The position numbers were made by a program, and so were the translations under genes. DNA of 64,000 nt. Source: Antedon mediterranea (Eukaryota > Animalia > Echinodermata). This document shows positions 39,920 through 50,685 of the stretch, piece by piece. Position 1 is the first letter of the stretch, and the number at the start of each line of letters is the position of its first letter. The stretch spans positions 512,422 to 576,421 of the forward strand of contig NC_092678.1 of NCBI RefSeq assembly GCF_964355755.1. The letters run 5' to 3'. The notes under the pieces are model-generated. The model saw only the letters and a list, made by a program, of their open reading frames with translations, did no database searches and was not told the DNA's origin.

Positions 39920-40437
39920 TTTCGCCGTTGTTATCCTTCTTACGATGCCGCCTCAACGGTTACGCGCGCGTCAACGTAACATCTGACTAACGCAGGCGCG
40001 GCCTATATCGGTCGTCTTCTGTGCTGTGTTTTCCGAAACAGGTCTCCCACCAGGTTGTTTTCCTATATGAAATAGTTGATGCACCATTCGGAGTTTTCCT
40101 CATCACGATTATTCTGTTTTGTTCGCAACTATCTTGTCGCCTCAACGTTCAATATTGTACTGAAGAAAGATAATCGATTTCTGTCGTCAATATGTAGCAG
40201 CAATTATTAAACTTGTAATGTTTGTTCCAATAATATTAGAATTGCAATGCACACTATTCAAGTAGGGAAATATGAAGTACACGTCAATCATATTTTGTTG
40301 AAGTTGTCACTTTTTAGATCGAAATTAAGTATTGGCGTCAATCATCTCGAAAAGTTAATAAACTAATACGTTATACTACTTCAAAGCACTGTTTTATTCA
40401 ACCGTCACTTGTGATTGGTCAAATTACTAGCGCAGCT

Positions 40438-40735
40438 ACATCTTGTGTTGTTGCGTGTGCATCTTGTGTTGTTGCGTGTACGTCTTGCGTTGTTGCGCGT
40501 TCGTCTTGTGTTGTTGCGCGTACGTCTTGTGTTGTTGCGTGTGAGTCTTGTGTTGTTGCGTGTGCGTCTTGTGTTGTTGCGTGTGCGTCTTGTGTTGTTG
40601 CGCGTACGTCTTGTGTTGTTGCGTGTGAGTCTTGTGTTGTTGCGTGTGCGTCTTGTGTTGTTGCGTGTGCGTCTTGTGTTGTTGCGTGTACGTCTTGCAT
40701 TGTTGCATGTGCGTCTTGTGTTGTTGCGTGCGTTG
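40438..40735. repeat. 21-bp minisatellite (tcttgtgttgttgcgtgtgcg)n, about 14 copies
   Basis: Direct reading; explains the ORFs at 40411-41018. Confidence 0.95.
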
Positions 40736-41016
40736 TTACCAACAAACGTTAGGAAGCTTCGATTTTGAGACGCCTAGCACTTGCGATGTCGACATATATG
40801 AAGGTACTATATTCACAACGTTGTGTTTTGGTCGATTCCAGGTCACTGTGACTTTTCATGGATTATGTTATCACAGAAAACGGTATATAACTACGAATTT
40901 TAACCGGGTTATTGTGCAGTTCTCCGACGATCATCGCGCGAATCGAAATTTATTCAGAGATGGACGACGACATCAAAAGAATATTAGGTCGTCGCAAATG
41001 AATGCTTTAAAATTGT

Positions 41017-41248
41017 AGAGGGAATTTCGTGGAGGGGAGGGGGAGAACACGAGGGGAGAGGAGAGAACACGAGGGTGGGTACACGCAGTTATTATTATTT
41101 ATTTTAGAGGGCATTTCGAGGAGGGGAGGAAGAGGGGAGAACACGAGGGTGGGTACACGCAGTTATTATTATTTATTGTAGAGGGCATTTCGAGGAGGGG
41201 AGGGGGAGGGGAGAACACGAGGGTGGGTACACGCAGTTATTATTATTT
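41017..41248. repeat. About 66-bp G-rich tandem repeat, 3 copies, abutting the stop codon of GPCR gene 2
   Basis: tagagggcatttcgaggaggggagg...gaacacgagggtgggtacacgcagttattattattt. Confidence 0.85.
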
Positions 41249-42101
41249 ATTTTTTAAAAACCACTTTCAACTGTCTTTTAAATTCTCGGTTTCTAATAGA
41301 ATAAACAAACGCATTCATTGCTGAATTAGCGAACACGAAAATGTCAAGAATTAGTTCCAAGATGGAAGGATTATGGAGACGTGCGTCACTTCTTATTACT
41401 ATACTTAAATTGTAGATGGTAATAGGTAGATAACAAACAAGAAACATTGTGAAAATGATAATGCTTGTTTTTGTCGCTCGGATCTCTTTTTTCTTGTTCG
41501 ACCGATGGTCCACGGAACATGCGAGTGACGAAATCTTGAGTTGTTGCTTTCTTGCGGCCGTATATACATTATAATGTAGTACGAACAAGATCACTAATAT
41601 TGTAACGTTAACAATTAAGCTACACACATAAAATGTGTGTACATCTATATAATAATACACGCTTGACATGAACATTCCAATACACATTCCCCATAACCAC
41701 GCAAACAAAATGAGTTTATCTATGCGTTCGTTCGGTAGGAGATGCGCATGACGTAATGCATACGTCACGGCTACGTAGCGCTCTATAGCCAGAACCATTA
41801 AATGTTGTTGAGATACGTAAATCATGGTGTAGGCGCTTCCAGTCATAACCAACCTTACAAATATAGAGGTACTTTTAATGTTAAACCCTAGCAACCATTG
41901 AATACCAAAAATGCCCGTTATTAAGTCTACAACGCTCAGACTTAGTTGTATACGCCATATACCATTCCTATATAATCTTGATTTCGTAGAAACGTAGATG
42001 ACAAGAAGGTTTCCAACAATTACGATGAACGATAACAAAAACCAACATGTAGAAAACAACGTGTGATCTGTCACGAGGTCCACAGACGTTATGTTGTACA
42101 T
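41247..42101 (-). CDS. Class A orphan GPCR, cluster gene 2, 284 aa
   Basis: 7TM pattern; ERY, CYLP, NSAMNAFVYSIRNREF. Confidence 0.93.
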   Translation of the reverse strand: MYNITSVDLVTDHTLFSTCWFLLSFIVIVGNLLVIYVSTKSRLYRNGIWRIQLSLSVVDLITGIFGIQWLLGFNIKSTSIFVRLVMTGSAYTMIYVSQQHLMVLAIERYVAVTYALRHAHLLPNERIDKLILFAWLWGMCIGMFMSSVYYYIDVHTFYVCSLIVNVTILVILFVLHYNVYTAARKQQLKISSLACSVDHRSNKKKEIRATKTSIIIFTMFLVCYLPITIYNLSIVIRSDARLHNPSILELILDIFVFANSAMNAFVYSIRNREFKRQLKVVFKK

Positions 42102-42884
42102 TTTAAACCAACAGATTAGAAGAGAGTGTTAAACTGCCAACGGACGAACAGACAAATTAATACTGTATCAGAAGAGATACATTAAACGGTTGTGTACGTG
42201 ATGGTGAGCACTGTGGATAGAGTTGGCGCGCAAATGTGTTCTACAATAGCTCCCTCAGCATATTGTTATCAGATGGTTGATGACCCTATCTTATCACCGT
42301 TCAATTTTCTGCTGAGGAAAAGAAATCGATTTTTGCCAATCTGTAGTAGACTGCAGTCATTACTAAAATTGTCCCTTGAAGTAAGGAAATATGAAGTAGG
42401 TCTACACGTCAATCATATTTTGTTGAAGTTGTAATTTATTAAATCGAACTTAAGTATTGCCGTCAATCATCTAAAAAATAATGTTTTGCTCAAGTTAAAC
42501 TAATTCATAAATTAACAGTGTGAATTAACATTCGCTTGTGATTGGTTAGATTCCTAGCGTTGCGTACGTGTACAGGGCGTCTTTGCGCGCACGCGTCGGG
42601 ATCGACCGGGACTCCCAATTTTGCGACGACCTACATAATACGCCGTCGTCATATTGCGGTACTATTCGCATACATACGTTGAGTTTGGTTTGTCAATTGT
42701 CAATTTGTTCATCAATTCCAAGTGATGGCTGGATGATGTTATTACCGTGACATTACCGCATGGACTACGTATTACCGTGACATTACCGTATGGACTACGT
42801 ATTTAACCGCTTTTGTTGTGTAGACCACCGTAATCACATATCGAAAATCGATCGACAACGACTCTAACATTTATTTATTATTAT

Positions 42885-43745
42885 CTATTTTTTTAAAAAC
42901 AATTTCAACTGTCTTTTAAATTCTCGGTTTCTAATAGAATAAACGAACGCATTCATTGCTGAATTAGCAAACATGAACATATTAAGAATTAGTTCCAAGA
43001 TGGAAGGATTCCGGCGACGTGCGTCACCCCTTATTACTATACTTATTACTAAATCGTAGATGGTAATAGGTAGATAACAAACAAAAAACATTGTGAAAAT
43101 GATAATGATTGTGTTAGTCGCTCGGATCTCTTTCTTTTTGTTCAACCGATCGTTCACGGAACATGCGAGTGACGAAATCTTGAGTTGTTGCTTTCTTGCG
43201 GCCGTATATACATTATAATGTAGTACGAACAAAATCACTAATATTGTAACGTTATAAATTGAGTTACAAACATAATATGTGTGTACATCTATATAATAAT
43301 ACACGCTTGTTATGAACATTCCAATACACATTCCTGATAACCACGCAAACAAAATGAGTTTATCTATGCGTTCGTTCGGTAAGAGATGCGCATGACGTAA
43401 TGCATACGTCACGGCTACGTAGCGCTCTATAGCCAGAACCATTAAATGTTGTTGAGATACGTAAATCATGGTGTAGGCGCTTCCAGTCATAACCGACCTT
43501 AAAAATATAGAGGTACTTTTAATGTTAAACCCTAGCAACCATTGAATACTCCAAATGCCAGTTATTAAGTCTACAACGCTCAGACTTAGTTGTATACGCC
43601 ATATACCATTCCTATATAATCTTGATTTCGTAGAAACGTAGATGACAAGAAGGTTTCCAACAATTACAATGAACGATAACAAAAACCAACATGTAGAAAA
43701 CAACGTGTGATCTGTCACGAGGTCCACAGGCGTTATGTTGTACAT
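42885..43745 (-). CDS. Class A orphan GPCR, cluster gene 3, 286 aa (close paralog of gene 2)
   Basis: 7TM pattern; near-identical to gene 2 over the N-terminal half. Confidence 0.93.
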   Translation of the reverse strand: MYNITPVDLVTDHTLFSTCWFLLSFIVIVGNLLVIYVSTKSRLYRNGIWRIQLSLSVVDLITGIWSIQWLLGFNIKSTSIFLRSVMTGSAYTMIYVSQQHLMVLAIERYVAVTYALRHAHLLPNERIDKLILFAWLSGMCIGMFITSVYYYIDVHTYYVCNSIYNVTILVILFVLHYNVYTAARKQQLKISSLACSVNDRLNKKKEIRATNTIIIIFTMFFVCYLPITIYDLVISIVIRGDARRRNPSILELILNMFMFANSAMNAFVYSIRNREFKRQLKLFLKK

Positions 43746-44087
43746 TTTAAAACAAAATGACTACAATCAGAAAACACAACTCAAATGTCACACGAGCGTG
43801 TCATAGTTCACGTGCCCGTGCGCGCACGCAAATTAGCAGCGCCAACTTAACGTATTCCCTAATCTCCTACTAACAAAACTGTTCGAACTTGATAAGATAA
43901 GCTGCTTACAATAGAAAATGTCAAACCCAACCGTGATCTTGATATCCACAAATCAATGCACTCAACGTTTTGATTACGTAAACAACACGTGAACAATTTT
44001 AACCAATCATGACTGGCACACTGAAAACTGTTGTGCGCACGTCATTGTGTTGCGTCCTAGTGGGAGGAGTCAAGCTTAATATTCTGC

Positions 44088-44957
44088 TTAGTGTTTAAAT
44101 AATTGTTTCAAATGACTGTTAAATTCGCGATTACAAATGGAATAAACGAAAGGATTCGACATAGAATTGGAATATTCTAGACAGATAAGAACCGACTCTA
44201 AGAAGGACAGATGTAACGAATAGTTTGGCATTGACTCAGACGAAAATATGGATACGTAAATATGGTATATAATCAATGGTAAATATGCCAACAAAAACAT
44301 TAAGACTATGGTAATGGTAGTTTTCGTTGCCCGAATTTCTTTTCGGCGGTGTGTCCTTTCGGTGGTAATAATATTGTTTGAAAATATTTTATTTTGCTGT
44401 GTTCTAGCGATCTTATACACCGTAAAATGCAGCGTACTTAAAATGATCAACACTAACAAGTTATAAAAACCATGGCACATAAAAAACATGCTCTGATGAA
44501 TATAGTAGTAACTGGTAGCCGCAATTGTACCGATACACGCTCCTGATATCCAGGCGAAAAGTATCAGTTTATCGATTCGTTCAATCGGTAGTAAGGTCGC
44601 ATGACGTAACGGGTATGAAACTGCTATGTACCGTTCAACACCAAGAATAAGTAGATGTTGTTCGGAGATCAAAGCCAACCACCACACGCTACCTTCAACG
44701 AATGACAACACGGATACGTTGATATCTCTGCAACAATTATAAATTAACGGGATGTTAAAGGCAATTAAACCAGTCAACAAGTCAACAATGCTAAGGCTAA
44801 AATGTATTCGCCAACTCCCTCTTTTATACATTTTATGTTTTAGAGTAATAAAAATCACCATACTATTTCCGAAAACGACTAAAAATGAAGCAATTGTCCA
44901 ATAAGTGATAAACAATGGTTTGGTTAAAATACTTGTAGATGTTTCGTTGGAAACCAT
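44088..44957 (-). CDS. Class A orphan GPCR, cluster gene 4, 289 aa
   Basis: 7TM pattern; ERY, AYLP, NSMSNPFVY. Confidence 0.93.
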   Translation of the reverse strand: MVSNETSTSILTKPLFITYWTIASFLVVFGNSMVIFITLKHKMYKRGSWRIHFSLSIVDLLTGLIAFNIPLIYNCCRDINVSVLSFVEGSVWWLALISEQHLLILGVERYIAVSYPLRHATLLPIERIDKLILFAWISGACIGTIAATSYYYIHQSMFFMCHGFYNLLVLIILSTLHFTVYKIARTQQNKIFSNNIITTERTHRRKEIRATKTTITIVLMFLLAYLPLIIYHIYVSIFSSESMPNYSLHLSFLESVLICLEYSNSMSNPFVYSICNREFNSHLKQLFKH

Positions 44958-45676
44958 TGTAACAAGTTGAATGTTGAGCTGTTCTTAACTCTCAATCACT
45001 ATCAACAGGCACACCAATATCTACTATATCAGAACTCAGAAAAGTTCGATTCATTTCTTCATTTTCTGCTTAAGTATGTATGCTTAAGTGGTATATTGTG
45101 TTACTAACAAGATGACGAACTCAGTTATATTCTTATATCAGTCTGCCAATCACAATTAGCTAATATCAATATGGGTCTAGGATTGACATAAGTAATTTTA
45201 GTATAAGATGTAAAAATGAAAAATCAAGTAAATTTCAAAGTTAAACACAAATCTGAAGTTGCAATAACATGACGACATCTGTCAATCAAAAGCAATGGTA
45301 ATTAGCAATCTTTAATAATGTTGTACATCAGTCAAAATCAATCAATATCATTATTTAAATAACTACTTCACTAAACTTTCTCTGTTTAATATGAGGTATT
45401 TCAATAGAGTTATTATAATAGAGAGTGACAATGACAGCTCTACACCACTAAATCAACTATTTTACAAGACACAAATCTGACGCGCGCGCGCATGCTTAAC
45501 GCGAACGTCAAGATGATACCGTAATTAAAAATATCCAACAGTTCTTCTATAGAATGCGTTTTCACGTCACGATCTGTTAAGATTGTTAAAATACAAAATA
45601 TGATGTAATAATATTATCAATTCGTGTCACCGTTAATATACATTTACATTTATTTTTTCGCTCTTGGCGTTCCTTA

Positions 45677-45855
45677 AGCTTGGTTCCCACTAGAACGTAA
45701 CGCAAGGACGTAAACGCAACGCAAGCGTTTTAACCAATGACAAGCGAAGTTATAGACAGTTAGCAATCACAAGCGAATAAGCCATCGCTTGTGATTGGTC
45801 AATTCACTTGCGTTGCGTTACGTCCTTGTGTTGCGTCGCTAGTGGGAACCAAGCA
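45677..45855. mobile_element. Harbinger-like MITE family B, full copy
   Basis: TIRs agcttggttcccactag / ctagtgggaaccaagc. Partial copies also occur near 18255-18312, 21020-21113, 35195-35325 and 44030-44076. Confidence 0.85.
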
Positions 45856-45884
45856 TTTCGCGTACGCTACGTAATCATCAAGTA

Positions 45885-46081
45885 AGCTTGGTTCCCACTA
45901 GAACGTAACGCGAGGACGTAAACGCAACGCAAGCGTTTTAACCAATGACAAGCGAAGTTATAGACAGTTAGCAATCACAAGCGAATAAGCCATCGCTTGT
46001 GATTGGTCAATTCACTTGCGTTGCGTTACGTCCTTGCGTTGCGTTACGTCCTTGTGTTGCGTCGTTAGTGGGAACCACGCT
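45885..46081. mobile_element. Harbinger-like MITE family B, second full copy
   Basis: Near-identical to 45677-45855; followed by TTA. Confidence 0.85.
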
Positions 46082-46328
46082 TTATGACGCATTCTATGAC
46101 GTCATTTGTACATTGCAATAGGCCAAGTATGTTACTATATTCTTACATTGCTAACAAAAATATATTTACACTAATTATGTATATTACTAGTACATAACAT
46201 GACAGTACGTAAAGATAAAAATCTTTGGTATTATGAAAAAAAGTTTCCTGCGTCTCAACCGTTGATGGCGCTATATCGTTACATCGTAATCTGACAATTA
46301 AATATCTATTTAGTTTGTTCCTTTGCTT

Positions 46329-46595
46329 TTATATTTTCAAAATACGTTTGAATTCTCGTTTAAACTCTCGATTTCGCACCGAGTAAACAAGAGGGTTCAT
46401 GAAAGAATTGGCGTACAACAAACCGACAAGAATCAAGTCCACAGTTGCAAAGATAATCGAATCGTTTTGATGGCGATAGTACGAAATTGTTGAGTGTATA
46501 TAGTAAACGGTTATAGGAGCAAAACATACGAAAAACATTGAAAATATTATGATGCTTGTTTTCGTAGCTCGCATTTCGTTCTTGTTTGCGCGTTC
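46329..46595 (-). pseudogene. 3' fragment (ICL3 to helix 8) of a duplicate of GPCR gene 1
   Basis: 46082-46595 aligns with 38801-39310; the coding part is almost identical (one V to I change); the 5' part of the gene is absent. Confidence 0.9.
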
Positions 46596-46676
46596 GAATA
46601 AGCCATCGCTTGTGATTGGTCAATTCACTTGCGTTGCGTTACGTCCTTGCGTTGCGTCGCTAGTGGGAACAACACT
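46595..46676. mobile_element. Right half of a family B MITE
   Basis: cgaataagccatcgcttgtgattggtc...ctagtgggaac, as in the full copies. Confidence 0.85.
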
Positions 46677-46718
46677 TTAACGTCAGACTTGCGTAACCCA
46701 GCTGCGCAAGTGCAGAAG

Positions 46719-47642
46719 TCAGATTCCGCCAGTTACTAAGGAAGATACCGAATCATCGATTTTTTTCCTTAAAAAGCTTGGTTTAAACATCTTCTTCAAA
46801 TGTTGATTAAACTTTCGATTTCTGATGGAATAAACTAACGGATTCATGGCGGAGTTAGCGTAGTGTAGACACATAATAAACGATTCCAACATGCTAGCCT
46901 GACGAGTGTATCTCGCTTCAATGGTTGTTGACGTGCACAGGTAAAACTGGTAAATGATTAATGGTACAAAACATACCAAAAACATCGAAAATATGATGAC
47001 TGTAGTTTTTGTAGCCTGCGCATCATCCTTTTTATTAGCATCATTCACCGGGGATATTTTCCGTTGCTGTGCCTTAGCAGTTTTGTAAACTATATAGTGT
47101 AGTAAGCTTAACACCACTATGACCAAAGCATCGTAACTGGTTTGGATTAAGTACGACAGGTTTGCGTCTAAGTGGTAGTAGACATACACAGAGACTGTTT
47201 TGACGGCCAGTCCGAATCCCCAACCAAAAAACAGTATGATTTTATCGACGCGCGCGTTCGGCATGTATTGCGCGTGGTGTAACGGATACGTAACGGCAAT
47301 GTAACGTTCAAACGCAATAATTAACAAATGCTGTAGAGATAACAACGTCAGGATACATGTACCACCTTCAAGAATGGAAATCGCTAATCTGGTCTTTTCA
47401 AAGAATATAAAAACGACTGAGCACATCAAACCAACAAAACCAGAAAGTAAATCAACAATACTAAGACTAATCTGGATCCGCCATGTTCCATTCTCGAACA
47501 TTCTCTTCTTGACGGCAACGTAAACCACGAGAGAATTTCCAGAGATGATGACCAGCGACAAACAAACCCAAAATGTGAAAAGCAATGGATGGTTTAAACG
47601 ACGAGCCATATGAACACTCGCTGTTTCGTTGCTGTATTCCAT
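46719..47642 (-). CDS. Class A orphan GPCR, cluster gene 5, 307 aa
   Basis: 7TM pattern; ERY, CFVP, NSAMNPLVYSIRN. Confidence 0.93.
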   Translation of the reverse strand: MEYSNETASVHMARRLNHPLLFTFWVCLSLVIISGNSLVVYVAVKKRMFENGTWRIQISLSIVDLLSGFVGLMCSVVFIFFEKTRLAISILEGGTCILTLLSLQHLLIIAFERYIAVTYPLHHAQYMPNARVDKIILFFGWGFGLAVKTVSVYVYYHLDANLSYLIQTSYDALVIVVLSLLHYIVYKTAKAQQRKISPVNDANKKDDAQATKTTVIIFSMFLVCFVPLIIYQFYLCTSTTIEARYTRQASMLESFIMCLHYANSAMNPLVYSIRNRKFNQHLKKMFKPSFLRKKIDDSVSSLVTGGI

Positions 47643-48103
47643 TTCAAATAAATTGAGTACGGTACTTAAGTCGTTAGTGTACCACTAGCTCACGTTCTCT
47701 GCACGCAGAATTAAATGAACGAAAACTGAAACATGACGATCAATATATATAATATTAATATGCTATAGTGACTTTAGCTATACAAAGTTGATGTAACAAA
47801 TTAGTTAGGTCTATGTATTTAAGAAAAGTCAAAGGCTCCAATCAAATTCGTTAAAAACAAGTCCAACTAGAGAAACGTCAACTGCCACAAATCAGTCAAT
47901 CAGATATCAGTTCCACTCTTTGCTCCAACCACGCACACCAACGCGCACACGCACACCACCGCGCGCCATCCGATATACGACCGCTTAATCTTAAAATAGG
48001 TCTATATCAAATAATATTCATTTATTCGCAATCTCGAATTAGTTAATTAGGAATACAATTTGAATAAATGTTGTTCTCACATGCCACCAATAGTTAGCTT
48101 GTT

Positions 48104-48979
48104 TCATATTCTACAGATATCTTTCAACTGTCGGCGAAACTCTCGATTCCTCATACAATAAATAAACGGGTTAATAGCCGAATTAGCGTATAAGCAGAAA
48201 TTTAAAACATAACCAAATGTTTGAAAGGATTCATTTTGCATAGGCCTATTAAGCGCCGTCAATATAATAGATAATGAGTTGAATAGGATTGTTGGCAGCA
48301 AACATACTATAAACACAGCGCATATTATAACACTGGTTTTTGTTGCTCGTGTTTCATTTTTAGGTCTAATAACTTTTCTGTTTATTATTGGAACATTAAC
48401 TGTTATTTTCGTTTGCTGTGTTTTGGCCACTTTGAACACCTTGTAGTGCAACACGCACATAACAGTTACCATAGCAATGATGTACAAAAATTGTAAAGTG
48501 TATAAAATAAATTGGTCAACGTAAAATACGATGGTTAAACACGTACCAATAAATAACGCCGTCACCCAAGAAACAACTAACAGTTTATCAACGCGCGCGT
48601 TCGGCATGTACTGCGCGTGGTGTAACGGATACGTAACGGCGATATAACGTTCGGAAGCAAGTAGCAGCAATTGATGTAGAGACATAAAAGTCATTAACCA
48701 GACAACACATCCAGTTACTGTCATTGGTAACGAGTTAAAAGGACAAAATATTGCAACGATTGACCAATTTAGACCAATTACACCTGTTAAAATATCGACG
48801 AAGCTTAGGCTTAGTTGTATTCGCCAGGTAGGGTGTTCAAACAGCTTCTTTCGCGTACAAACATACACAACGAGTACATTCCCTAGGATGATGACAATCG
48901 ACAAACAAATATAAAATGCCAAGTATGTTTTAGGTGTACATAACACATCATTTGTTGTTTGGTTGTTTACTTTCTCCAT
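48104..48979 (-). CDS. Class A orphan GPCR, cluster gene 6, 291 aa
   Basis: 7TM pattern; ERY, CLLP, NSAINPFIYCMRNREF. Confidence 0.93.
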   Translation of the reverse strand: MEKVNNQTTNDVLCTPKTYLAFYICLSIVIILGNVLVVYVCTRKKLFEHPTWRIQLSLSFVDILTGVIGLNWSIVAIFCPFNSLPMTVTGCVVWLMTFMSLHQLLLLASERYIAVTYPLHHAQYMPNARVDKLLVVSWVTALFIGTCLTIVFYVDQFILYTLQFLYIIAMVTVMCVLHYKVFKVAKTQQTKITVNVPIINRKVIRPKNETRATKTSVIICAVFIVCLLPTILFNSLSIILTALNRPMQNESFQTFGYVLNFCLYANSAINPFIYCMRNREFRRQLKDICRI

Positions 48980-49452
48980 AAGTAGTTTGCAGAAACAATT
49001 TTGTAATCAATAAACAATAATACCGTTGAATGTTAGTCTAGAATGGCGCTTTAAAAGTAATCGCACACAGCAGTTTCACAATGTCCGTTTGTAAGACTAT
49101 AACTCATAATACACATTCAAACACATCAAGTATATTTATCAGAGATGCCACGCAATATTACGGTAGTCATCGATATTGTTTTGTTTTGCTCTTCAAAATA
49201 TTCAACGAAATTAAATCCTGTTTGTCAAATTGACATGTGACAACGGGAATGTGTTTTCTATTTTGGCAAGTCGACGATTATGAACATGTATCGTTACAGC
49301 TGACTGTGTTTATGCTCAATAGAACATAGTATCTCTAGGCCTAGTTGTTGTTTTTTCCAATATTAAGCGTTCGTATCGTTCGTTTATGTCCAAAATAAAT
49401 TAAATAAAATTTGGATTTTTTTCATCTGGTTTTTTTTTGTTTTTTTAGATTT

Positions 49453-49591
49453 TAATATTTTTCTTTAAATGTTTTCGAAATCGACTATTTCACACGTCAC
49501 CGACCATAAGCAGCCAAACACACCTGAACTTAAGTCAGTTGTGGCTAGGCTTAACTGAATTCGTTTGGTCATTTTGGTGTATAATTTCTTC
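49453..49591 (-). pseudogene. Remnant (ICL1-TM2-ECL1) of a duplicate of GPCR gene 8
   Basis: Aligns almost base for base with 51780-51918. Confidence 0.85.
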
Positions 49592-49803
49592 CTATAAACA
49601 AACGCTAACATCCCACCTTTTGCTCAACCACGCACACGCACACTACGGCGCGCACACGCCACCCGATATACGACCGCTTAATCTTAAATAGGTCTTAATA
49701 AGAAATAATATTCATTTATTCGTAATCTCGAATTAGTTAATGTACAGTAGGCATACAATCTGAATAAATGTTGTTCTCACATGCCACCAATAGTTAGCTT
49801 GTT

Positions 49804-50685
49804 TCACATTCTACAGATATCTTTCAACTGTCGGCGAAACTCTCGATTCCTCATACAATAAATAACCGGGTTAATAGCCGAATTAGCGTATAAGCAGAAA
49901 TTTAAAACATAACCAAAAGAGTTACTGGTTTCATTTTGCATAGGCCTATTAAGCGCCGTCAATATAATAGATAATGCGTTGAATAGGATTGTTGGCAGAA
50001 AACATATGATAAATACGGAGCAGATTATGACACTGGTTTTTGTTGCTCGTGTTTCATTTTTAGGTCTAATAACTTTTCTGTTTATTATTGGAACATTAAC
50101 TGTTATTTTCGTTTGCTGTGTTTTGGCCACTTTGAACACCTTGTAGTGCAACACGCACATTATAGTCACCATGGCAATGCTGTGCACAAATTGTAAAATG
50201 TATAAAATAAAATATTGGTGAACAACATAAAATACGATGGTAAAACATGTACAAATAAATAACGCTGTCACCCAAGCAACAACTAACAGCTTATCAACGC
50301 GCGGGTTCGGCATGTACTGCGCGTGGTGTAACGGATACGTAACGGCGATGTAACGTTCGGACGCAAGTAGCAGCAAATGATGTATAGACACAAAAGTCAT
50401 TAACCAGACAACACATCCAACTATTGTAATTGATAACGAATTAAAAGAACAAAATATTGCAACGATTGACCAATTTAGACCAATTACACCCGTTAAAATA
50501 TCAACGAAGCTTAAGCTTAGTTGTATTCGCCAGGTAGGGTGTTCAAACAGCTTCTTTCGCGTACAAACATACACAACGAGTACATTCCCTAGGATGATGA
50601 CAATCGACAAACCAATATAAAATGCCAAGTATGTTTTAGGTGTACATAACACATCATTTGTTGTTTGGTTGTTTACTTCCTCCAT
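49804..50685 (-). CDS. Class A orphan GPCR, cluster gene 7 (close paralog of gene 6)
   Basis: The first ATG (MEEVNNQTT) at 50685 matches the gene 6 start; the ORF-track start at 50712 is a non-ATG codon. Confidence 0.92.
   Translation of the reverse strand: MEEVNNQTTNDVLCTPKTYLAFYIGLSIVIILGNVLVVYVCTRKKLFEHPTWRIQLSLSFVDILTGVIGLNWSIVAIFCSFNSLSITIVGCVVWLMTFVSIHHLLLLASERYIAVTYPLHHAQYMPNPRVDKLLVVAWVTALFICTCFTIVFYVVHQYFILYILQFVHSIAMVTIMCVLHYKVFKVAKTQQTKITVNVPIINRKVIRPKNETRATKTSVIICSVFIICFLPTILFNALSIILTALNRPMQNETSNSFGYVLNFCLYANSAINPVIYCMRNREFRRQLKDICRM

Noticed and set aside
40411-41018. Overlapping repetitive ORFs (CVVA, TTQD, etc.)
   Set aside because: Products of the 21-bp minisatellite.
46329-46574. 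Intact 81-aa gene
   Set aside because: It is the TM6-TM7 tail of a truncated copy of gene 1, starting from an internal Met.
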